In this document: positions 23,342 through 37,300 of the stretch, piece by piece
Layout of the letters: each line of letters begins with the position of its first letter
Position numbering within the stretch: position 1 is the first letter of the stretch
Assembly: GCA_028023455.1 (NCBI GenBank)
Contig: JAQFVV010000003.1
Location: 25,482,001 to 25,546,000 of the forward strand
Length of the DNA: 64,000 bases
Origin: Epiperipatus broadwayi
Taxonomy: Eukaryota > Animalia > Onychophora
Reading direction: 5' to 3'
Notes under the pieces: model-generated
Database searches by the model: none
What the model saw: only the letters and a program-made list of their open reading frames with translations
Told to the model about the DNA's origin: nothing
Translations under genes and position numbers: made by a program

Positions 23342-24512
23342 CAGTGGTCTTTAACCACCAGGCTGTGGCCCGGGACCGGGCCACAGACTTTTCTGGAAGT
23401 TCATGTGCTAGACTAGGAAAAGTTTGTAATAACAAAATAATAAGATTTTAAACTTTTAATTAATATAAACAATTTTTATTTATTTTTTCATCGCATTTTT
23501 ACCCGATTAAAAAAAAAGAAACAGAACAAAAACAAAATCTAATCAATCAATATATAAATTAATTTGTTTTTCTATTTATCCCAGACGTTTATGGGGGGGG
23601 GGTAGAAAAAAGTCTTTTATTATAGAAATCCCTGGTTGTATTTTGATAGCCAATCACAGCCACTTGTCAGCATTGTTAAAATAATAAAATGTAATGTGAC
23701 TTTTTTTGATCTCTTAAATTTTTTCTACTCTCTCTTTTAATATTTCATTTTTAGTGTTTTTTTTTTGGCTATACGATTTTTTTTTTGGATTTAACTTTAT
23801 TTTTGAAATCAATTTTTATTACCTTTTTTTAAAAATTAAAACCAAAAAATAAATTCCGTCTCTAACTTTTACAAAGTATATACACTCTCACCACCCCAAA
23901 ATAAAGTAAGATCAAAACTTTTGACTTTTTCAAGTTTCGTTTTCTTTTTCTTTTTGTTTAAAAATACGCCCACTTTTTTTTGGCCTATAAGGCGATATTT
24001 TTTTTGGCTTTATTTGTATATCGCTAAAATACTAAAACTTTTATTTTTAAAACCAATTTCTGTTACCTTTTTTTAAAAATAGAAACAAACAAAAAATAAC
24101 TTTGGTGTCTATCTTTTGTCTCAGTGATGACAAAGTATTTTTCAACCCAGCCCCCCCCAAATAAAAATAAAATAAGATCAAAACTTTTGACTTTTTTGTT
24201 TGTTTCTGTTTTAATAATGAAATAATAAACGTAAAATGCAAGCACATTAATGAGAACGATTGTTATTGTAATTGTTTTCTGTAGCAGTATGACTGTGCAA
24301 CTCGAGAAAGAGTGTTCAACATGTGAAGGTAAGCAACACCATTACAATACCCAATAACTAGTATGCTGTTTTGGTCAGTTATAACAATTATGCTTATCTA
24401 AGGCTAAGCAGGTTACATCTTTAAGAAAATTTATCTGTAAACTTCTGCCGGTCTGCGAAATCTTATCCTTATTTTTACCGGGTCACAGGGGTGAAAAGGT
24501 TGAAGACCACTG
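23342..24512. mobile_element. Non-autonomous hAT (Buster-type) element, 1171 bp
   Basis: TIR cagtggtctttaacc / ggttgaagaccactg. 8-bp TSD ctataatg (central TA). No transposase ORF. Confidence 0.9.
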
Positions 24513-25376
24513 CTATAATGTATGTGGAATAAAGATATTTCTGGGTAAAATGCATCCCTTTTTGTCATTAGTTCTTATAGAATAATTATGTAACAAATGT
24601 AATACATCGTTAATTCAAATCTTGGGTTCCAAAGTCTTTTGTGAATCTCGTTGTAAATTCAAATTCTGCGTAAGGTTTTAAAAAAAGGCACTTCATTGCA
24701 ATTATGCTTATGACTTCATAGATAATTACTAAAATTTTTGTTTCTTTAATTTGGTTTATAAATGTGTGTACAAATTAATTTATAATAGTATAATAAAACG
24801 ATAAAGATCACCTATAAAATTTTGTTTGGTTAATATAAGTTTTTGAATGATAATATTAAGATTAACGGTATTTTACTTGCTTAATTATAATTGATATAAG
24901 CTCTAGGAATGCTGGGTATGAAAAGCTTAAAATAAAAGTTTTATTATATTATGCCGAGCAGCTTTCAATATCTTAAATCTGATATCACACTCATAGCAAT
25001 GACTAGTGGATGAAAGGGATATGGGTAAAAGATATGTAAATTTATTCTCTTCTCTAAAATGTGTGCCAACCAACTCATTTGTATATATTTGCATAAAATT
25101 TACATTATATCAGGATTAAGATATCAAAAGCTGTTCAGCATAACGTAATACTTTTATTTTAAACTTTTCTTATTCAGAATTTCTAGTGCTTATATTAATT
25201 ACAATTATATAGGAAAAGTTAAGAGACATATATACAATTGTTCAATTATAGTATACAAATTAGTATATAAATTAAAAGTCCAAACTAAATGAGAGTGCTA
25301 ATAAAGTGAAGAATAATGTTATGAATATACTTTGTAGGATGCAGTACTGGAGAGAATTATGTTTCTCTGAGCAGAA

Positions 25377-25527
<151 letters not shown>

Positions 25528-28479
25528 AAGAAAGATGAAAAGAATTTGTCAGTAAAAGATAATGTAACTCTAAATGCATATTGGTCATATGTGCAAATGA
25601 TTTTATCAATGTTTAGTTTAAGTTTTCATTAACATATAGTTACATAAATGTTTTACAAACTTCATCTCATCTTAATCATTGATTTCATCTATTTTTAAAA
25701 TTGCAATGTGCAAAGTGAGATGATAAGTCACATTTCAAGTTGACATATCCAAAAGTGGCATTGGCCCTTCTGAATTGAAATCAGTTTTTGTTTCAATGTA
25801 TGAATTTACATTTGGAAAGCACCAGATCTCATTAGTTATAGCATAGATGGTAAAGTTGTAATGTTAACTAATAAGAAAAGATTATGTTGGCATATCTTAA
25901 TATCATTATCTATCAGAAAATTAGTTGATGAACAATATAAGTATTATTCCAGTTATTACAAAATAGTGGGTTTCAATTCTTCAACTATATAATTAGCAGA
26001 AAGATATTTTACTGGAGAGTTATTTATAATTAAAATTAGATTTATTAATATGGCAAACAAGATTTTCCCGAGATATACCCTTAGCTATGAACATATAGTT
26101 AAGCCTGTCAAATTAAAATTATTTATAATTAATTACAATTTTCACTTTGTATTATTTCTTGTTATCAAATAGCCTTAATTAGATTTGCTTCTGCATTTTA
26201 TAATAAAAATGTAGGTTGAACTGTTTGTCAAAAAAATAGCAGAAATATCTAGGCAACAGAGTCTAACATAATAACATGAGTAATTTACTATTGCTTGCTA
26301 TTTTCAAGCAATTTATTCTAATAGAACTATATCATAACTGAATTTACTATAAAAATGTTTACTTGTGGGAAAGAGAACATATATATTGCAATGTTTTCAG
26401 TCAATTTAGGCTTTATACATTATAAATTTCTAATGTATTTATTAATAAAGTTATGTCTGTGTTTATTCATTCTGGTGATTAGAAAGCTTCTCAGAATGTA
26501 ACTACATTTCCAGATTAACTTGCCTAATTTTTTATTCAGATTTGTATTGCTAGTGGGATCAGTTTTTTTATTTATTTAAGAGGGCATCAGGGTCTTTGAA
26601 CCGATTGATTCCCATCGCATTGTGTAAATTCGCAGTAAATAACTAAATAGAATATGACTGGGATTTCAATTTCTTGACACTTTAATCTGTTATATGAATT
26701 TCCCCCGGTATTCAGATATTAAATATATGTGTTGGCATAGGTAATTTATACATTTCTTACAACCTTAAAATAAAATCTAATAAACTAAAATTACTTACAT
26801 ACAATGAAAAGGGTTACATTAATGACAATTTTATTGAAACAACATAATTAAAATATTAATATAATTATAAAATATTAACAAAATAATGAAATTATGAATA
26901 AAATGGAAAAGAACCTCCACACAATATCCAGATAAGGTTAATCAATTAATTAATTCAACAATCCAATTCTTTCATTTTTTACAATCAGCCATAAATGAAA
27001 ATTCCTTGAATAATAAAACAGTGAATGTTTCTTTATCAGCACTATAAGCTTATAGTTAGTTTAGTTTGCAAACATATTGAATTAGACACTAGTTAGGATA
27101 TGAATTATAACTTACTGGTAAGTTCTGCATATTTATGTAAATCAGAGGTTATTGTAACACACATGTATTTCTTGGGATTAAGAGCTCATTGGTAGTTAAC
27201 TTTGATTTTTTTTCTGTTGACATTTTGACATTCCTGGTCTGATTTAAGGCTAACCTCAAAAGCTTTTTTGAATGACCTCTTTATGATGAAAGGTGTCCGC
27301 AAATGTTCCGGTTTTCATTTCCGCATGACAACTTGATTCAGCATATGAGTAATCCTGGATAGAAGCATTTCCTCTATCTAGGATCCATGGAAATACCAGC
27401 CAAAAGAACAACAACAAGAAAAAGAACTCTGCTCAAAGTTATTTTTTCTTTTTATACCCTCAACCAGTTTTTAGATTTTTCTGCGCATGTATTTTTTTAT
27501 TTTTTGTTTTGTTATCAGAAGGCAAGTTCTGCACATTTTTTTCCAGTTTAGCTACCAAGTTCCTTAGGAGACATATTTAATAATTGGTAAAACTCTGATC
27601 GATGTTTGGGATGTTTTTCTTTTATTTATCTGGCCCAAGAATCTGTATGCATTTCTATTCCATCCAATTTAACTTTAATTAAATAGATAATATTAAACAC
27701 AAATAACTTTCATTATACATATCCCCCCAAAAAAGAATCACATTTTTAAAAAATTAAATAGTATTTATTGAACTATGTCCAATGTTCTTATATATATATA
27801 TATATATATAGCTTTAAATATTACCCAATACCAACACACTTGTACCATATATATATATATAAATGCTACAATATCTATATAGTAACAGATAAATTGATAA
27901 AAAATAAATATAAGGCAAATTGGAATCTATTCTTTTTTTTCTGTGTGTGTAAAATAAAATTCAGTTTTGAAATAGTTTACTATTATTATTACTCTATCAT
28001 GGTGGAATAAATTGTTTAAGCAATATCAAATAATCACTGATGATTAAGTGTTAGTGAATTGTTACAGTATTGACTCTATGTCAAGTTACTTCAACCTACA
28101 CTTGGTCAAATCTCTTTAATATATATATATATAATATTGATTAAATATACGTTAAGATAAAAGTCTTAATCCAATATAATTTTAATTTTTCTCACTATTT
28201 TTTTATACTTTAAACTAAAATGGCAAAACATGTACCATTCATTAAACAAATGAGCAAGCAAACTTGCACCATTCACTAATCAAGCTCATAAAATCTTAAC
28301 CTATGACATACATATAATATTAGAAATATTCATAAAATATTATGAAAATTTATTGAAAAATGAAGATCTCACTAACTGCTAAAAACATCATTAAAATCTT
28401 ATATAAACTTGTATTAATAACTGTCAATAAAACAAAATAAGCTTCATTTTGTGGAGGATTCAAAAACTTACTATTCACA

Positions 28480-29720
28480 TCTACAATGAATAAAATTTCA
28501 TTTCCAGAAATTTTTGGGGCATGGCAGTGAAAGGAGAGAGGAGCTTCCCAATCTACAACTCACTCCTTGCATTGAGGAGAACCATACAGGACTCCCTTCT
28601 CCTCTCAATCCAAAAAAACCATTGATTCATTATCCGAAGTTTATTTGTCACTATATGTGAAAACTTCACTGCTCAACATCCTGGTGTTCCCAAGGGTCTC
28701 TTATTACATGCCAATTATTAATTTTTCCCAAAAATTCATTAGAAGGATAAATTCACTATGTGCAAGACTTATGTGGAAGGGCAAGACCATGTCCATCAGC
28801 CTAAAGGGTCTCCATAGGCACACAAAACTCAATGGGCTATCGCTGCATTCTGTTTTAACCTTTTGTTTCCTGCGTACACATAACACCATCCTTAACTTAT
28901 CTCACTGTTTTTTGAAAGCATCATGTTTTACATCTGTTTCTCCTACAAACACCTCTCCTCCTCCCACGAGAAGTTGGTTGTCATCTTTATTGTTAAATAT
29001 TGCAAAATTTATTCCTCTATCTATTCAAGTTAACTCACATAAAATTATGTACTGGGATGCATACCATCTAACTAATGAAGAAACCCTGCTAATCCCATCA
29101 CTGTGAATCCTTCCCAACCATTCAATCATTAAAAAGTTTAAATGGTGGCATCTCGAACCAAAATTTTTTGATTAAATTAAACCTGAGTGCTCTGTCAACA
29201 TGCCACTTTCTGGTCTATCATAGAGGGTTCTCATGCTTGGACCCAATCTGCCCTTTACATAAATGGGATGATGACACAATAATAGATATTCTGAGCCATT
29301 GTACAACACTCCAATGGGACAGAGACTTTATTGCATCCATATATAAACCTAGAGGGCCTCTCCTCACTAGACTGATTTCTAGCATATCCAACAGGATCTT
29401 TCCATCCATAAGAATCATAACTTTTATGTTGTTTGCCTATTGGTCAACTAGATGCGCACTCATTTATGGCCATATCTTGGCTGACCATAAGAAATTACTT
29501 CTGGCAAAACTTCAGGCCATCAGAAACAGAGATGAAAAATTAGCTCCAACATACATTTACAATGCTACATGGAGCCTTGTAGCAATGGACAATTTGTGAT
29601 TGAACAGTTGATTTTTTTATGCTCAAACCATTAGTATTGGGTTATGTAACCTTTATTATAGTGTCTGTTAACAACATAACTCTGTATTGCAATAATGTAA
29701 TTCTTTGAGCTCACAATAAA
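28480..29720 (+). mobile_element. Decayed 3' part of an L1/Tx1-type ORF2 (post-RT region and Cys-rich domain)
   Basis: KTSLLNILVFPRVSYYMPIINFSQKFIRRINSLCARLMWKGK...LNGLSL, and LNLSALSTCH...DPICPLHKWDDDTIIDILSHC. aataaa near 29716. Confidence 0.75.
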
Positions 29721-30279
29721 ATTTCTTGATAAATTAAATTTCATTTCCACAGTTAGCATTGCCTAAACTTATTTCTCATATAAATATTCTTGGGATTCCA
29801 GACAAAGCAAGATTCATTTTATTTGAGTGATAATTAGTCATATACCCTTCTGTGAGGTTTTAACATTTTCTGTGTGGCAGTTGGAAAGATCTAAACTTTT
29901 AACATATATATATACAAAAATATTCTTATATCAAAAAAAGTATCTAAACATATTCTGTGTGACAATCAACATTCTATAGTTGATTAATGTGTATCTAAAC
30001 ATAAGTATCTATTCATGGATCTGCATGACCCAACTGCTGAAAAGCTATCCATCACCCAATGATCCCACCCCTGGGGCCCCCCGAAGCGAAGACCCATTAT
30101 AGCATTGTTATCAAGCATATGTACTTTATATAATCAATAATTGTTTTACCTTGTTTGTCACATTGAACACTTTGTAATTCTCAATGGGTAAGTGTACCCA
30201 AAATTTTTGTAATCCTTTTACTAATAAAGGTTACTTTTGAAAGTAAATTTATATTAAAAAAAAAAAAAACATTCTACAG

Positions 30280-32700
30280 TTAGCTTAGATCGCAATTTTT
30301 TACATAATATTGTATTTACTCAATATTTATTAATACAATTAAATATATACGTATATATATATTTTAGATAATGTAAGTAATAGGGTGTACACATGCATAA
30401 AATATACATCTGTGTAATTACTACATTTTATATATACACATATTTCTATTTTATTACTCTTTCAGTCATAATTTTATTGCCTCCAGCACAACAATTAACA
30501 AGATTTTTCATAAGTTTTTTACTTCTATAATAATCCATTCAACCCACTTGTCATTTTCTTATTTTCAACCTAAACATTAAAGTTTTTTTAAATGTTACTT
30601 TTGAATATTTATTATGAATTTTTCGGGATATCATCTTGTTCCTTTTATTGCTGTATGACCAATTCAACTGCACTCATATATGTAAATGGAGCTGGAGGGT
30701 AAATGTACGTAAAGTGTGTGTACATGTTTATTAAGATATATATACTCCAATTCCATTTTAAATTATGTTTAATAATGTATATATATGCGCACTCCAGCTC
30801 CATTTATTAATATTTGTGCGCATTCCAGCTCTGTTTATATATGTGTATATGAATGTGTTTATATCTATATATATGCGCATCACTGACAAGGTATAAGTAA
30901 ATGCATTTTAAAATAATGAAGTCATTTGTGTTAGTAAGATGCATTAGTAAACGCATCCTAATACAGAGTGCTTCTTCATTACCACTTTCATTATCTGGGT
31001 TCAAATCCGGATAAAAGTTGACATTTTTTTAGACTGCTGAAAGTTTTTCAAACACGTTTAGGAGGGGTTTTTTTTTGTAAAAGACTCCTGCCTTTATAAA
31101 GAAATAGTACAGGAAAAAAAAAAAGAGAGAGAGAGATATCATCAAGCTTCACAATTGCCGGGATGAGAGTTAAGAGTAGTTTTTCATCCACGTTTTATCC
31201 TCTAATTAAGAATAACTATATACCATTATTGGATCGAGGCAGCCATTTGAAAGAGAAATCCTAAACTTGTTTGAAAATTCTGATACCTGAAATTTTTCAG
31301 ATTTTCGAGGATTGAATTTTAGGTAATGGTATGGTGGCAGGTATTCTAATTTTGATATATAAAAGATATATGCTATGATCTGATCAAGCAGTTTCATATT
31401 CTTAAACTTCTATAAAAATTCTAAAATCGATATATAAAATTACTGTGCCAAAAAATTGTATATTAATTACGGAGGCCAAGGAAAACACAATAAAAGTATA
31501 TTTTAATTTTTACCTGTGCTGTTGCCTTCGCATGCTGAGCCTTCGGATTCATCCCACTCAGAATCCCAATTTTCTTCCCAGTTCTCGTGCACATTTGATT
31601 GATCGGTTCTACTGGATACTTTAAATTTCGTAAAAACACGTTTCATGACTCGAATCATTATAAACCCAGTTAGGTCTAATATTTATTTTTCTATAAATTA
31701 ATTAATTAGTAAATAATCACATAACAAGTGATGAACAGTAAATCCTTAATATCCAGTTAATCCTAGACATTATCACAGTTATCACGTGATTTTTTTTTTT
31801 TTTACACTCTTACATTTATTAAAATGTGAATTATTTTTTTTAAAAAAATAACAGATTTAACAAGTGAGTAATAAATTTTATGATTTTCAAAAAGTATTAA
31901 AACCGTCTTAACAATGTTGACTTTTTTCATTATTATATAAATATACGAATAGTAAACACTATTAAAAACTCATTGAATAAAGCAGAATTAAAGATAACAG
32001 CTAATAAAATATGTAAACACTGCTATAAATGCATTAAAAATAAAATACAACTACTGTAGTAGCAAATCATAATCCTCAGTTTCTGCTCTAATCTAGCTCC
32101 CGACTCTCACCTCTATTTCTTCCTATTTCTAACTTTAGAAGAGTCCATATTAAAAATTAAAAAAAAGTGGGTAGTAGGGTAGAGGTTGCACTTTTAAGCG
32201 TTCAATACATCAACAAGCTTCAGATTTTTTTTGCTTTATTGCTTAATCACGAAACAAAATAATAATTTTATGCGGTATATTGTATATACACAAAGCATTT
32301 TATTTAATAGTTTTCATATTTTTTCATTTTTTTGTGTCTTTTTTATCTTCTTAATTTTTAAAGACATCTCTCTCCCTCTCTGCCATCAGACATAGTTAGG
32401 ATACTCAGCTGTTCTCGATTCTATATCTCATTATCCGGACTGAATGTGGAAAATTGATTTGAAATGCTGGAGAAATAAAGATAATTTCAACAACAGCCAC
32501 AACAATAACAAAAAACCCATCATATTTAAGTTAATTAAACTTTTTTTTTTCTTTCTATATATTGAGCTATTTATCTAGTTATGTATATGCCTGAAAGCAG
32601 ATTAAACGACCAAACATTAAATAATACTTGATCATCATCGATAGTAATTTACCATTACCTGTCACTCTTTTAATAGCTTTATTTCAACAAAAAACGCATC
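30280..32700. promoter_or_regulatory. CpG-retaining island (possible unmethylated promoter or 5' region, or a young insertion)
   Basis: Hand count of about 14 CpG in 31021-31680 versus 0 in 35041-35700. Confidence 0.4.
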
Positions 32701-33318
32701 ATATAGTTTCAAGACTAGTCTGTTATCAGATAGTTTTCTTGAACAAAGTGAATTTTGCATACATTTGAAAAAAATTTCAGTTTAATTAATGCTTTATGAT
32801 GTGATAAGCATTTCCAAACTGTACTTCATCCACATTTTTGCTTCATTTCAAAAGTATAGTCAGTTGTTTTAGAATATAATAATTGTATAGATATTATATT
32901 AATGAAACTACACTTGTAATTTTTTTATTAAATAAATAACTGAACATTAATATTTATTGTATTTAAAGCAGATTTGTGTAAGTGGTCAATGTGAATTCTA
33001 AAGTATTTCTCAACAGAAATGTTAGGGAAATATTGCACTAAATAATCATGCAAATGAATTAATGTAGTAGAATTCAGTCTAAAATAGCTCCAAAATTTTT
33101 TTTTCTTATTATAAAATCATTATATCCAATAGACCACCAAAAGAATTTCAAGATGCTATTGGACTAACTATTCTATTTCTGTATCTACATTACATTTTTT
33201 TTCAAGACAGGTTAAGATAGTAGTTAGCCATTGCTTGCCATTACTTTAATACAATTTATTTCAGCATCTTCATATCATGAATTATAGCATAATTTTAATT
33301 AGCTTTTTTCCTCTCATG

Positions 33319-33408
33319 TGTCATAGCATCAGCCGGGAAGCAAACCTCTAACCCGGGACAACTGCTTGTAAGGCAGCTGTGCTGACCTCTCGATCTCCAA
33401 TGCGTCAT
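33319..33408 (-). mobile_element. Diverged tRNA-Gly-like SINE/pseudogene
   Basis: The minus strand reads gcattggagatcgagaggtcagcacagctgccttacaagcagttgtcccgggt...ttcccggctgatgc-tatgaca. Confidence 0.65.
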
Positions 33409-34134
33409 CCCCCCCCTCTCTCAATATATGTATATTATAGCATAGTTATAAAACAAAACTAAATCAGGCTTTAGAGAGTATCCCATAAAAATCCTTTAAA
33501 TCTTGCCAAGTTCTTTTTCTTGGATTGAAATGGTGCTGCCTGTCGTTTATTTCATTCACAATGTTTTTCTCCCAAATTGAAATTACTTTATGTTAGTCAC
33601 TTCTTTGATACTGTTTTATGCCATTTATAATGAATCTACAATTTACTTTCATTTGTTCCTAGGTAGAAATATAGTCATGAGATAAGAATTCTTATAAATT
33701 CAGTCATTCTTTGTACAAGGTTGTAGAAATTAATTACATTACGTTTGGCAAAATAATAGCTATATTTTTATTTATTTCTAAATCATATAGTTTTTCATTT
33801 CAAAGATGTTTCATTTATTTCAATCATATTTTTCATTAATAAATATAAAATATATTTTTATAATTACTAATGATTTTTTTAAGGATTAAACAATCATATG
33901 GAATGGCAGAGGACTTTTTTATCTTCACATTAGTCAAGGCTCAAATGTAAGCCTGTTTTATTTCTCAATATGTATTAATATCTTAACAACTATAAACGTC
34001 TTTTTTTATTTTTAGTAGTTTTAAAATCATTTTAAATCATAATCACAGACCCTATTCAAACTGATGGCTACATGTAATTGCAAATAAATCAATATATATC
34101 ACATGACTAATTTAACTAGCTTGTATTACAAATG

Positions 34135-34311
34135 TTATCTAATGAGCTTGCCAATAGCTCTTAACAAGTTTTTCAGAAATATCCCCAATGCTGAACCGGT
34201 TTCTGGCTTCCTCAGTGAAGTACTACTGAGAAAGCCAGAAGCAAAAACTGGTCCAGGGTTGGTGATATTCTGAAAAGATTGTTAAGAGCTACTGGAAAGC
34301 TCATTAGATAA
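34135..34311. mobile_element. Palindromic mini-element (about 85-bp arms) with a degenerate hammerhead-like start
   Basis: Arms ttatctaatgagc...ggcttcctcagt / actgagaaagcc...gctcattagataa around the spacer gaagtact. Read outward they give ctgaggaagccagaaaccggtt and ctgagaaagccagaagcaaaaactggtc. Confidence 0.6.
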
Positions 34312-37300
34312 TGGCTAGATATATATAAAATAAACATACATTTTAAACTTTGACTTAGTTATATTTATTCTTTCTTGAAAAGGTTAATGGTTAAATTTTT
34401 TCAAGAATGTTTTATCAGTCTTCCAAAGAGATAATGTCTTCTTAAGAATAATATTTGATAATTTTGTGTTGAATTCTATGCAATAGTGAGATGGTAATAA
34501 TTCATTGTCTCTGATTGTTATGTGATTAATATATATTTAAAACTTTTTCATGGACTTTTTTAAAAAATAAAAATATAAAATTACAACCAGGAATATGCAT
34601 GTAATAACTAGAGAAAAAATATTCAGCAATATTGACATTTCTCAAACTAAGCCACATATCTACTCCGACAAAGATCACACACTTTTACCTCTAAATAAAT
34701 TCAAATAAAAAAATATTGCTTGGTTATTAAATGATATGATTTGGCTTAAGCCATCAATTTTGATTGATGGTTACATAATCACAATGTTGTTAGACATTTC
34801 TCTCATTATTACATGATTATTCCCATTTATATACATCACAAAGAAAGTTTTATGGATCATGGAAATGTGAATTTGAATCCTGATAAGATGCAGTATAAAA
34901 TCAATGACACTGGTATTACTATTGTAAATCAAGGCTTGATAGCATCCTCAAAAAATAAGAACAGATAAAATATCTCTAAAATCACTCAAATGCAGTGTGA
35001 AAAAGATAAAGATTTTTCCGGAATAAGTTTTGCTAACTTACCATAACAACAAAAGACTCAAACATCCTTGAAAAAATTGACTGTCACATGTAAATAAGAA
35101 GAGAAAATAGGATTTAAATAATAATGGATTTTGATTTACAGAGGAACAATAATAAATATAAAAAAAACAATTTTGAACAGTCCAGCCAACTGTGGGGTAG
35201 TGAGCATCTGTAACTTTTCTTTCTTGCTAAATTCTCTTGTTAAATAGAGGTTTTATCCACCTGTCATGTCTATGACAAAACTGAATAAAATTTGAGAATA
35301 CAACATTTACTTACTATTAATTGATCAGATAGCAACATTTATTACAGGTCATATATCTGAAAAAATTCTGATTATTTAACATCCTCACCTAAATTTGAAC
35401 TCCAATTCATATCAGTAAACAGAAACAGCACAAGAGTTTTCTAAGAAATATATATGAATATATGTGTGTGTCAAAATCACATTTACATTACATACAATCT
35501 TAAGCTCTAAATAAAGCAAAGTTCTATTTTTATTCTTATTTTTTAAATCTTAACTTGTTACTATAAATAAGTAAATTGTCATTTTATACTGTGCATTAGC
35601 TTAAAATAAAAGTAATGTAAGTAAAAACTAAATATGGAATGATCAACAATCATTAAATCATTAATGATAGCATGTTTAAAAATCATATTTAGGAACTTCT
35701 AAATTTTACCCAACATTCCAAATTTATAACACTTTAAATTATAAAATCAAAAAAATAAATTAAAAAAATTAAATAGGATAAATAAAGATGTGAGAATTAA
35801 ATATTATAAGATCATAATAGCGATTTAGCCAGATACAGGTAAATCTGATAAAATGTAAATATCAATTATCTCTTTAGATAATTAATACATAGGTACAAGC
35901 TTACACCTGCATTTATATATTAAATATATGCAGGATTCGAACTCAGACTTTCACATGATCCACAACTCTCAGTGCCATCTTATATTGCTGACTCACCTGA
36001 TCACATAATGTAAATCTTTTTAATTTCTGCTTGTTTTAAATAAATACAGCATATTCAAAAACTTTTTATTATGTAAACAAAATTTCAAAGGTGATTTTTA
36101 TCATTTTACAATAAATAAATTAGTTTAAACACACTTTTACAAACAAAAATAAAGAAAAATACCCTGCAAATATTTTTAAATTAATAAATATAACTGCAAT
36201 GAGGTGCTTATTTTTTTTTTATCTTAAGAAAAATTGGGTTTACAATAATTGGGCAAAAGTTCTAATCTTGAAATTTAAAAAAATTAACAATTTCACATTA
36301 CTAGTATTTTACAGTCCACCAAAACAAAATCAGGCATAATTTATTACTTTACATTAATTTATATTATTCCCTCATGCAATCTATGCAATGGTAAAGGTTA
36401 GATTCAAACACTAAAAGTTCTTGTATCAATTTCAAGCTGAGGACAATAATAAACAACCTCACTTGGGTGATCAATTTTCTTTTATGTTCAATCTGTTTTA
36501 CTCAGTGTTAATTTTCTGTCACTGCTTTAAAACTATATATATAAAATAGTACATTACACAGGAAAAAATTAAGTAAAAAAATTATTTGAAAAATATATTT
36601 TTTGATGCATCTTAGTGGTGCGAAACTTTATTAATTTTTTTTAAAAAAACATTCTCTACTTTAGCACTATCTAGTTAAAGTTTGGGTAATTAGTGATTAC
36701 AAGATGCATATAAAATCCCCATTCTTAATGTATAAATTCCCCTATTTATGGCTTTTGTCTTTATCAATAAGACATGGGATTTGGAAGAAATGCAAATATT
36801 TATACAGCATTCACCTTTAAGTCACTGTTACTTGTCAAGCATTAACCTAATGTTTTGAACTCAATCTAACATATGAACAATTATATAGACGTGAATCTAA
36901 TTCAGTAACTATCTACTTTAATAGTTTCAGTTCTTCATAAACAACTTAGGAATAAGGTAACTACAATTAATAAAGAACTAAAGGTATTAAAATATATAGT
37001 TACTTGAACTAATAATTGATAGTTGATTCTCTCAGAATATAGATATCATCTACACATTGCACATTATGTTAAATCAAAAATCTTATAATTATATACATCA
37101 TATTGTTTAAATTGAAGTACCAAATTTTAAATATTTGCATTAAAAAAAAACAATCTAAACAATGTATTTTAAATAACTATAAAAATTAGCTGCAAATATT
37201 ATATATATGTTCTTAATTAATTAAGTACCAATTAAATATATAATAATGCTAATGTTGTTTCCTTATGCTCTCTATCAAAATTTTCTGATGTTTCAAGTGA

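Noticed and set aside
27180-27560. Possible Ty3/gypsy integrase remnant (CRTC motif, minus strand)
   Set aside because: Only scattered resemblance, no convincing DDE motif and no LTRs.
35930-35985. B-box-like gagttcgaatcc on the minus strand (similar weak traces near 43360 and 47050)
   Set aside because: No A-box or cloverleaf could be confirmed, so no feature was called.
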